A program made the position numbers and the translations under genes. A stretch of 55,700 bases of DNA, from positions 1-55,700 of the forward strand of contig JANOFO010000004.1 of NCBI GenBank assembly GCA_031413715.1, read 5' to 3'. Positions 47,414-55,700 of this stretch are shown one piece after another. The notes beneath the pieces are model-generated. The model was not told the DNA's origin and ran no database searches. It worked only from the letters and a program-made list of their open reading frames with translations. Position 1 is the stretch's first letter, and each line of letters starts with the position of its first letter. This DNA is from Minisyncoccota bacterium. GTDB taxonomy: Bacteria; Patescibacteriota; Minisyncoccia; Phycocordibacterales; UBA9973.

Positions 47414-48715
47414 TCATTTGGCTTTAAACTTAGAGAGTGCTTTCGCTAATTCTGCCACTTCTTTGTACCTGTTATACGCAACGAATGCAGATCGAAGAAT
47501 ATCGCCCCTATCTTCAACATAGCATTGTTTGCTTTTTAGAAACTGTAAAACAGTCTTCACATCAGCACCGAGGACCCGGAAAGAAATTTGGCATCCTCTG
47601 TCATTAAAATCAAGAGGAGTGATGACTTCAATGCCGGGAATCAATGAAAGTGTTTGATGCGCATATAGAGATATCTCTTCATGCTTTTTGAAAATTGCAT
47701 TCCACCCGCCTTTCAAATCTCTGACTTTGAAAAGATAGGTTTTGAGAGCCTGCATATTCAAGATCGGGTCATTAGAAGATAAGAACCGCCGGGCACCTTT
47801 GGCTGGAAGATAATTCTCAGATGGACCAAACCTTGTTTCAGAAGAAATACCCCACCATCCAGAAGGACGACTTAATGAGTCAATGTGTTTTTTATTCACA
47901 TAGAAACCTCCGACTCCTCCTGGCCCTCCATTTAAATACTTGTAGGAACAGAAGGTTGCAAAATCTATATTCCATTTAGAAAGTTGGAGCGGTACATTGC
48001 CAATGCCATGAGCAAGGTCAACGCCGATAAATGCTTCGTAGCTATGCGCTACTTCTGCCAACTGGTCTACATGAAAACGTTGACCAGTCTTGTGACATAC
48101 TATTGGTACAAATACCATTGCAAGATCGTCACCAGCATCTGCGATTGCCTTTTTTATGTGACTCATAGAGTACAGGTCGCCTTTGTCAGGTTTAACCAAA
48201 ATACAATACTCGTCCACCTTTTCGCTTCCGTACATGATATAAATCGCTTTTTTGATTGATTCAATATCAGAATTGAAAAAAGTGGAGAGTGTAAGAATCT
48301 TTTTCTTGCCTGTCGTAGCACGAGCCAGGGCAAGAAATTCGAGAATTAGCATGTAGTTATTGATACTGAGTGAGTTGCCAACAACTGCTTCCGGAACGGA
48401 AGCATCAGTGCCTAAAAGATTTGCAATATGTTCCTCAAAAAGTTCGTGATAGCGCCACCATGGTACTCCATCAAATTCTTCTGAGAAATGGCCATCGTGG
48501 CCCTGATGTCTCCAAATATCAATATGCGAACTCATGTGATGACTAAGCCAGGCTCCGGGGCATGCGCCCAAAGAGTTTCCGCGGGCATCGCACACTGAAT
48601 TATATGGAAACATAAATTCGCCCCTCCAGCCAGAAAGTGGATCGGTTTTGTCGAGCGGGTTTGCTTTCAAGAGCATACCTCTGAGACTTGGTTTACGTAT
48701 ATTCATTATTGACAA
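47414..48715 (-). CDS. kynU: Kynureninase-like PLP-dependent hydrolase
   Basis: GNSLG near the N-terminus and FCSYKYLNGGPGGVGGFYV (PLP-Lys region), typical of kynureninase. Confidence 0.75.
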   Translation of the reverse strand: MSIMNIRKPSLRGMLLKANPLDKTDPLSGWRGEFMFPYNSVCDARGNSLGACPGAWLSHHMSSHIDIWRHQGHDGHFSEEFDGVPWWRYHELFEEHIANLLGTDASVPEAVVGNSLSINNYMLILEFLALARATTGKKKILTLSTFFNSDIESIKKAIYIMYGSEKVDEYCILVKPDKGDLYSMSHIKKAIADAGDDLAMVFVPIVCHKTGQRFHVDQLAEVAHSYEAFIGVDLAHGIGNVPLQLSKWNIDFATFCSYKYLNGGPGGVGGFYVNKKHIDSLSRPSGWWGISSETRFGPSENYLPAKGARRFLSSNDPILNMQALKTYLFKVRDLKGGWNAIFKKHEEISLYAHQTLSLIPGIEVITPLDFNDRGCQISFRVLGADVKTVLQFLKSKQCYVEDRGDILRSAFVAYNRYKEVAELAKALSKFKAK

Positions 48716-48825
48716 ATTTTAATGTTTAGCCCAACTTACCACAAAATAAACGAGGTGTACATAGTAAAATCCGCCCTATTGTGGAGCGGAATTTTAGTTG
48801 AATTATTTACTCTTATAAAGCAAAA

Positions 48826-49452
48826 TTATACTTTTTTTATGTAATTACCTTTAGTCATTAAAATACCTCCTATTCCCCAGTAAGGATTTCCATCTTTGTC
48901 TTTAATAACCAACTCTCCTCTATGGTTTAATTCTAGATTGCCTTTTCTTTCTCTTTCTGCATAAAAAATAATTTCATCTCCAGCTTTAAAGCCCTTATTA
49001 GTAAGTACCAAATGGTAAGGATTATCCTTTAAAGGAACCTTGTAATTCATCATAGCATACTGATCGTATTTTTTGCTGTAAAAAATATTCATTTCTTTTT
49101 CTAAATCAGCACTAGTTACAGATATTACTTTTTCTTGTTGTTTGTTTAATGGCTTGTCTAAAATTAACTCATAAATAGAGGTGCTTGTTTTTAAATAAAT
49201 TTTTCCCTCGTTTGGAGCAGCTCCCGTAATATTACTTATCGTTTTCTTTACATTATTATTAATAACGTAAATCGGCTGCCCCATTTTTACATCTTGATCT
49301 AACACACCTTCAAAAGTTGATCCGACAGGAACATCAGATTCTGTTAAACGCTTTACTTTTATGAACTTAACTTTCTTGCCTTTAGATAAATTAAGGCTTT
49401 TCAGAAATTCTTCTTCTGGAGATTTTGGTTGCCATATTTTTATTTCACCCAT
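48826..49452 (-). CDS. Hypothetical 208-aa protein
   Basis: Clean ORF immediately downstream of the 5S region. I recognise no family. Confidence 0.5.
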   Translation of the reverse strand: MGEIKIWQPKSPEEEFLKSLNLSKGKKVKFIKVKRLTESDVPVGSTFEGVLDQDVKMGQPIYVINNNVKKTISNITGAAPNEGKIYLKTSTSIYELILDKPLNKQQEKVISVTSADLEKEMNIFYSKKYDQYAMMNYKVPLKDNPYHLVLTNKGFKAGDEIIFYAERERKGNLELNHRGELVIKDKDGNPYWGIGGILMTKGNYIKKV

Positions 49453-49544
49453 AATTATATATTATGATACGCTATATAATATAAGCCGTCAACATCAACA
49501 AAATACCCTTGCAATAGGAAGAGTATTTTAAATTAAATTCTTTG

Positions 49545-49622
49545 TTCTGGCGACAAACTACTCTTCTTACACAAGCTCACCCCATAAAAATAAGTATCAT
49601 CGCCTCGTCTAGGCTTAACCCC
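49545..49622 (-). pseudogene. 5S rRNA-like 3'-half fragment directly downstream of the 5S gene
   Basis: Minus strand reads GGGGTTAAGCCTAGACGAGGCGATGATACTTATTTTTATGGGG...AGTAGTTTGTCGCCAGAA. It parallels the 3' half of the true 5S (GTTAAGCGCCGTTATGCCGATGATACTTATTTTTATAGGGAAAGTAGGTTGTCGCCAAC). Confidence 0.5.
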
Positions 49623-49652
49623 ATAGTAGAAATTTGAAAAGTTAAAAACTTT

Positions 49653-49765
49653 GTGTTGGCGACAACCTACTTTCCCTATAAAAATAAGTATCATCGGCAT
49701 AACGGCGCTTAACTGCTGTGTTCGGAATGAGAACAGGTGTATCCACCGCATCGAATCACCAACAC
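49653..49765 (-). rRNA. rrf: 5S rRNA
   Basis: Helix I is GTGTTGGTG/CGCCAACAC. The conserved CCTGTTCTCATTCCGAACACAGCAGTTAAGC and GTAGG elements are present. Length about 113 nt. Confidence 0.85.
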
Positions 49766-49844
49766 AAAACTTTTAACTATTATATTTTCAAGACGAGAAA
49801 AAATCAGATATACATGATATCTGAAAACTGAATGCTGGAGGACG

Positions 49845-49873
49845 TCCCACTTCGCTCAAAGAGCTTCGCGGGA
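49845..49873. repeat. 29-nt hairpin element in the 23S-5S spacer (inverted copy of 50272-50301)
   Basis: tcccacttcgctcaaagagcttcgcggga is the reverse complement of 50272-50301 except for a 1-nt indel. Confidence 0.7.
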
Positions 49874-50110
49874 TAAAACAATAATAATGATTTCCATATT
49901 TCCTAATAGGAATCGAACGATTAGTACACCTCGGCTAAAGACATTACTGTCTGTACACCTAGTGCCTATCAACCTAATCATCTCTTAGGTTTCTCAAACG
50001 ATTCCTCATCTTGAAGCTGGCTTCCCTCTTAGATGCTTTCAGAGGTTATCCATTCCCGACATAGCTACTCGGCAATCCAGCGGGCGCTAGAGCCGACACA
50101 CCAGAGGTCA

Positions 50111-50141
<31 letters not shown>

Positions 50142-50193
50142 ATCTTCTCAAGAATCAACGCCTGCAGTAGATAGGAGACCAACCTGTCTCACG

Positions 50194-50730
50194 CACCTAC
50201 ATGTCCTTTCATAATATGACGAATATCATGAATGCATTTCACATATTACTATGTGGATTGGACTATAACTTTCCCGCGAAGCTCTTTCGAGCGAAGTGGG
50301 AGTTCACATTTAGTCTCTACGGGTATTTAATCTTATAAGTTTCATGAAGGAAGCGAATTCAAAAGAACTCGCTAACTTTAATTGCTTTGGGGACTGGATT
50401 CTGACCAAACCAGTAATCTCCGGGTCTCAAACCCGACGCTCTATGTTTTAAGCTAGCCCCAAATTAAATTTAAGGTACTTTTCCTTTATGAAACTCACAA
50501 AACAAAACTTCCCTCGGTATTGCCCTTCCTTCGATTATACTCAGGATTCGGGTTTCACCGATATAAGTGAACTTCATATAGTACATCACTGTACTACACC
50601 GCCGTGACACACATACTGTGTGTTATGGACTTGACCTCAAATTAAAACAGTCATTGGAAAATTTCTTTTCCTTTGTTCCTCAATTGGTTCAAACTGTCCA
50701 ATTCTCAATCACACCGTGATTGATCTCTGA
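50194..50730 (-). mobile_element. ORF-less group I intron at the 23S L2593 site (537 nt)
   Basis: The 5' exon ends AACCGT (U) and the intron ends ...GTAGGTG (terminal G), before CGTGAGACAG. The core elements AGACTAAATGTGAAC and AAGTTATAGTCCAATC resemble the Tetrahymena AGACUAAAUGUCGG / AAGAUAUAGUCGGACC elements. Confidence 0.75.
50272..50301. repeat. 30-nt hairpin element forming P8 of the L2593 intron (inverted copy of 49845-49873)
   Basis: Plus strand reads tcccgcgaagctctttcgagcgaagtggga. In rRNA sense it is TCCCAC-TTC-GCTC-GAAA-GAGC-TTC-GCGGGA, lying between the P7 and J8/7 elements. Confidence 0.7.
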
Positions 50731-51064
50731 ACGGTTTGAACCCAGCTCGCGTACCTTTTTAATTAGCGAACAGCTAAACCCTTGGCAGCTTCTCCACCAC
50801 CAGGATAAGGTGAGCCGACATCGAGGTGCCGAACTCCGCCGTCGATATGAACTCTTAGGCGGAACTAGCCTGTTATCCCTAGAGTAGCTTTTATCCGTTA
50901 ATCTTCATCCGCATCTAATGCGAAATGTCGGTTCACTATGTTCTACTTTCGTATCTGCTCGAGATGTACCTCTTACAGTTAAGCTAGCTTGTGCCATTAC
51001 ACTATCGGCACGGTTTCCATTCGCGCCTAGCTAACCTTAATAAACTCCTCCGTTACTCTTTAGG

Positions 51065-52012
51065 CATTTATGTTAACCCAATTTATATTTCATGCTTGGA
51101 ACTATGTATGACTCAATCATCTTTTTAAATTTTTGAGCTGATTCGCTATACACATACAATCTCCATTGTGAATACTGTTTATGTATACCTACTTTGATTC
51201 CAAACTTTTTAGCAAAAACATCTTTTATAATCTCAAGCTCTTGTTTTGTATAGCTATTCGCGTGAATAATGTATGTTTTATGAGATTTGGATTTAAATGA
51301 TCCATCATCCATAAACCATACGGCTATACTTCTTCGACTTAACATTTTAGAAATAGTTTTTGGTATGACTTTCTTACCATTTAGATAAAAAAGTTTTCCA
51401 TAAGAACCGAATTTTTCGCTTGAAAGGGTCATAAATCCATAAGATTTAAGCTCTTTACCAAGGGACAACCGTGTTCTTTCTTTTGGTGCTGAAGTCACAA
51501 ATTCCTTTAAGTTCTCGTACAACCAATCAACATATTCTTTCTGTTTGATTGAGTGCTCCACTTTGAGGCGATAGGTTCTACCATTGTTTTGTGTTTCCAA
51601 ATGGCCATCACCTAAGATGACTCCAACTATTATTTCTTTCTGTTTTGTCGTAAGCTTTAATTTATTTAATGTTTTCACATTTAGGTTTTCTAGTTTGTAA
51701 CTTAACTAGAACTTCATGTTGCCATGAAGATCGGACTATATCTTCATCCTAGTAAAAGGATGGCTGACGTTTAGTCTCTACGGGTAAATAATTTTATTTT
51801 GGTCATAATAATTATTTTTCCCTCGGTATTATCCTATTAATACTTAAATTATAGGATTTCCACCGATATAGTCAACTTTTTCAATCTGTATTGCTACAGA
51901 AAGTCCCCCTTGTTTTATTTGTTTTGAGGTGTAAATCGTGAACCAATCACAACCTCGTGAGGCGGCATAGTTCGAGAGTTCAAATAACAACATGCATTAT
52001 TGTAAACTCTCG
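51065..52012 (-). mobile_element. Group I intron with LAGLIDADG ORF, inserted just 3' of the P-loop (about E. coli 2262)
   Basis: The exon junction GGTATCCT|CCTAAAGAG is continuous in the plus copy at about 55440-55460. The core elements GTAGAGACTAAACGTCAGCC (rc of 51762-51784) and GGATGAAGATATAGTCCGATC (rc of 51729-51749) are present. The intron ends in G at 51065. Confidence 0.75.
51073..51678 (-). CDS. Double-motif LAGLIDADG homing endonuclease (201 aa)
   Basis: Motifs IIVGVILGDGHL and IAVWFMDDGSFK. The ORF lies 3' of the ribozyme core and stops 8 nt before the 3' splice site. Confidence 0.85.
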   Translation of the reverse strand: MKTLNKLKLTTKQKEIIVGVILGDGHLETQNNGRTYRLKVEHSIKQKEYVDWLYENLKEFVTSAPKERTRLSLGKELKSYGFMTLSSEKFGSYGKLFYLNGKKVIPKTISKMLSRRSIAVWFMDDGSFKSKSHKTYIIHANSYTKQELEIIKDVFAKKFGIKVGIHKQYSQWRLYVYSESAQKFKKMIESYIVPSMKYKLG

Positions 52013-52878
52013 AGGATACCGCCCCAGTAAAACTACCCACCAGATACTGTCTCTCTCCGTTTTTGCCGTAGAGATTAGAACATATAATCACAAAAATTGG
52101 TATTTCACTGACGAGTAGATCAGAGCCGAAACCCTAACCATCAAACCTCTCCCAACTATGCTACGTAGTGTAATCATATGCTCAATATCAAGCTGCAGTA
52201 AAGCTTCTAGGGTCTTTTCATTAGAGTCACAAACAGGACGCAATAATAAAAAAAGTGTACATGCATTAGAGGAAGCGGTTCCCGAGAATGTGTGCACCGT
52301 CCGAAGTTTTTCGAAAGAAAAATGGAAGATGGTTTTCAGATTTCCTAATAGGAAATTAAGAGTATATGGTGGATGCCTAGACTAAAAAAGGCGATGAAAG
52401 ACGTGGCATGGCGGCGATACGTTTCGGGGAGGTGCCTAGCAACCTTTGATCCGGAAATTTCTGAATGGGGAAACCCACTTGCGTAAACCGCAAGTACTTT
52501 CATACTTGATATGAAGGAGCACACCCAGGGAAGTAAAACATTTCATTACCTGGAGGAAAAGAGAAAAATATTTATTTTCTGAGTAGCGGCGAGCGAAAAG
52601 GAAAAAGCCCAAACCGGCCTTTCACAAAGTGAATGATGCAAATCGCATCGTGCATTCTGTGATGGGCCGGGGTTGTAAGGTGACAATGTAGATTTATCTA
52701 GAGGAGTCAAAAAATGTGTTGTTAGATCAAACTTCTGGAAAGGAGTGCCACAGACGGTGATAGCCCGGTGATCGAAAATTTCACGTCTCTTTGATTGTCA
52801 TTCTTGAGTAGCTCAAGACACGAATAGCTTGAGCGAATCCGCCAGAACTAACTGGCAAGGCTAAATACTTTTTTAGAT

Positions 52879-52921
<43 letters not shown>

Positions 52922-53499
52922 GATGAGGGGAGTGAAATAGACCTGAAACCATATACTTACAAGGAGTCGGAGCGGGTATTTATATCCGTCACGGCGTGCC
53001 TATTGAAGAATGAGCCAACGAGTTTATCTATGCTGCAGGCTAAGCTGTTAGAACAGTGGAGCCTTAGGGAAACCGAGTGTTAATAGCGCGAACAATTAAT
53101 GTAGTATAGATAAGACCCGAAGCGAGGTGAGCTTGCCATGAGCAGGATGAACCCTGTCGAAAGATGGGGGGAGGTCCGAACCGGTGACCCGTGCAATAGT
53201 CTCGGATGACTTGTGGTAAGGAGTGAAAAGCTAATCGAACCTCGTAATAGCTGGTTCTCTCCGAAATAGCTTTAGGGCTAGCGTCGTGTGTTCCTCTTGG
53301 GGGTAGAGCACTGGAAGGTTTCGACAGGGAGCAATCTCGCGACACCTATCAAACTCCGAATACCAAGAGCTAAAACACGGCAGTTAGGCTATGGGGGCGA
53401 AGCTCCATCAGCCAAAAGGGAAACAGCCCAGATCTCTAATTAAGGTCCCTAAATTTACGCTAAGTGCAAATCAAGGAGGTGAAATTTCTCTGACAATGA

Positions 53500-53531
<32 letters not shown>

Positions 53532-54353
53532 GAAAGCGTAACAGCTCACTCATCAAGAGATTTTGCACCGAAAATAATCGGGGCTAAGCGTAGTACCGAA
53601 ATTGAGGGCTTCATGTTTCTTCGGAAATGTGGAGCGGTAGGAGAGTATTCCATACAGCGTCGAAGCTAAAGGGGTGACCCATAGTGGAGCGTATGGAAGT
53701 AAGAATGTTGGCACAAGTAACCGCAAGGAAGGTGAGATCCCTTCCCGCCGAAAGATTCAGGTTTCCTTGGCAATGGTGATCATCCAAGGGTTAGTCGGTC
53801 CTAAGGGGATGGCGAAAGCCGCACTCGATGGGCATAAGGTTAATATTCCTTAACTTCTGTTGTATTCGAAGATGGGACGGAGTGTAGTATATAGAGCTCA
53901 TTATTGGATTTGAGTTTGTAACGTGAGGATACATCCTAGGAAAATCCGGGGTGAACCACTTTAGTGTGGGCTATCCAAGCATTGCATAAATGTTCCGATT
54001 CGTCGGGATAAATTTTATAAAGCACGCTTCCAAGAAAAGCATCTAAGGTTAATGCAATAGAATCCGTACCGTAAACCGACACAGGTAATCAGGTCGAGTA
54101 GACCAAGGCGAACGAGTGAGAGGTCTTCAAGGAACTCGGCAAAAAAGCAGCCGTAACTTTGGAATAAGGCTTGCCGTTCTTGATTTATCAAGATCGGCCG
54201 CAGCGAAAGTATCTCTGGCAACTGTTTATCAAAAACACAGCTCCCTGCGAACTCGCAAGAGGATGTATAGGGGGTGACACCTGACCAATGCCAGAAGGTC
54301 AATTATCGGTGGTCCATGGTCGCAAGATTGTGGGCTGGCTGATACAAGCCCTG

Positions 54354-54394
<41 letters not shown>

Positions 54395-54408
54395 GTACCT
54401 TGTCGGGT

Positions 54409-55141
54409 AAGTGGAACTGCCCATCCCAAGAGTGATTTTGGGATTAAATCTGGCTTATAACGGTGGAATCCTTTTATGTGAGTGCGTAAAATAAAAGGAC
54501 AATACCGTGGGAAGTCGTCGTATCGATAACAATAATTTTTATTGCAGGTACGATTGACCCCGTAACGACTTAGGTCGCCTCTGTATAGTGGCGACCAAGA
54601 TAGATTATTGATATAATCTATAACATGCCGGCTCTCAGTAAAAAACGCAATATACACGAGTATATTTCTGGATATGTAGATGGAGAAGGATGCTTCAGTG
54701 TTTCATTTTCAAAACGAGAAAAATTTCTCGTCGGCTGGGAAACTAAACCAAGTTTCTCGGTCAGCCAAAATGAAGATAGAGCGCAAATCCTTTTCCTAAT
54801 GCAAAAAGTTTTCAAATGTGGATTTATACGACGAGATTATTCTGACAAAACTCTCAAATTTGAGGTGCGAAGTTTAGAAGATCTTGTAAGTAAAGTAATT
54901 CCTCACTTTGAAATGTATCCTCTGCTTTCTCAAAAACAAAAAGATTTTAAATTTTTTAAACAGATTTGTTTACTCATGCAAAGGAATTTGCACACAAACA
55001 AAACTGGATTATTAAAAATTATAAATCTTGCGTTTGCGATGAATCCGAGCGGAAAAAGGAAATACACAAAAGAAGAAATTCAAAAAGCGTTGAGATGAAG
55101 ATATAGTCTGATCCCTCTCGTAAGAGAGGTAAACGAAAATG
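54409..55141 (+). mobile_element. Group I intron with LAGLIDADG ORF at the 23S L1951 site (733 nt)
   Basis: Exons are GTCGGGT|...|AAGTTCCGAC. An aagt repeat at both borders leaves 4 nt of ambiguity, and the U/terminal-G rule selects 54409-55141. J8/7 is GATGAAGATATAGTCTGATC, followed by P9 CCTCTC-GTAA-GAGAGG. Confidence 0.75.
54625..55098 (+). CDS. Single-motif LAGLIDADG homing endonuclease (157 aa, I-CreI-like architecture)
   Basis: It has one YISGYVDGEGCF motif. Its stop codon overlaps the start of the J8/7 element, so the ORF occupies the P8 region. Confidence 0.85.
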   Translation: MPALSKKRNIHEYISGYVDGEGCFSVSFSKREKFLVGWETKPSFSVSQNEDRAQILFLMQKVFKCGFIRRDYSDKTLKFEVRSLEDLVSKVIPHFEMYPLLSQKQKDFKFFKQICLLMQRNLHTNKTGLLKIINLAFAMNPSGKRKYTKEEIQKALR

Positions 55142-55430
55142 AAGTTCCGACGCGCACGAATGGTGTAATGACTGGAGAACTGTCTCGAAGACCTGCTCGG
55201 TGAAAATACAATACCGGTGAAGATGCCGGTTACCTGCAGATAGACGAAAAGACCCTAGAAGCTTTACTGCAGCTTGATATTGAGCATATGGTTATACTGC
55301 GTAGCATAGATGGGAGAGGTTTGATGGTTACGATCTCGGTTGTGATCTACTCGTCAGTGAAATACCATTCTTTGTGACTATATGTTCTAATCTCTAAGGC
55401 AAAAACTTAGAGAGACAGTATCTGGTGGGT

Positions 55431-55471
<41 letters not shown>

Positions 55472-55617
55472 GTTTATTAAGGTTAGCTAGGCGCGAATGG
55501 AAACCGTGCCGATAGTGTAAGGGCACAAGCTGGCTTGATTGCAACTCGTGCATGAGGAGCAAGTGCGAAAGCAGAACCTAGTGAACCGATGGTACGTATT
55601 AGATGCGGCCAAGGATT

Positions 55618-55650
<33 letters not shown>

Positions 55651-55700
55651 GGTTCCGCCCGAGCGTCCATAGCGACGGCGGAGTTCGGCACCTCGATGTC

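Noticed and set aside
48541-48600. GC-rich stretch in kynU (gatgcccgcggaaactctttgggcgcatgcccc) that superficially resembles the palindromic mini-element (tgcccg...tttgggcg)
   Set aside because: It encodes the conserved kynureninase GNSLG motif, so the composition is explained by protein conservation. The termini do not form the inverted repeat.
49533-49751. 72-aa minus-strand ORF
   Set aside because: It overlaps the 5S rRNA and the 5S-like fragment.

Overview
AT-rich, tightly packed bacterial window with almost all genes on the minus strand. The gene content suggests a reduced CPR/Patescibacteria-like genome: short PheS/PheT, T4SS-pilin-like surface proteins, and 23S rRNA interrupted by group I introns carrying LAGLIDADG ORFs. 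That taxonomic call is inference only. Left to right: a partial surface protein, pheT-pheS, a UvrD-type helicase fused to a PD-(D/E)XK nuclease, an ABC exporter, murI, an M24 peptidase, NDH-2, then a long de novo purine cluster (purB ... purC-purM-purE-purK ... purD-purN-purF-purQ-purL). A plus-strand pair splits that cluster: a free-standing archaeal-type ThrRS editing-domain homolog and a D-amino-acid oxidase, converging on an Ldh_2-family reductase. Next come an ABC-2 transporter, a small accessory islet beside tRNA-Ser(GGA), htpX, a DUF4258/DUF2283 toxin-antitoxin-like pair, lemA, a pilin-like/HExxH fusion, secDF, uppP, folD, an FtsW/RodA-family gene, kynU and an unusual rRNA locus. The accessory islet holds a GIY-YIG protein, an RNxxxH (HEPN-like) protein and two perfect 78-bp palindromic direct repeats. 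Three signals look most worth following. (1) A family of about 30-45 bp GC-rich palindromic mini-elements sits in frame inside at least four housekeeping genes (purL twice, purQ, the helicase-nuclease, a methyltransferase), resembling Rickettsia palindromic elements. (2) A truncated, divergent 23S 3' fragment plus 5S on the minus strand lies head-to-head with a second 23S on the plus strand, and the copies carry different introns and homing endonucleases. (3) The repeat-flanked cassette next to tRNA-Ser. No CRISPR array, transposase or integrase was seen. Coordinates I derived by hand (RNAs, repeats, intron borders) may be off by 1-2 nt.
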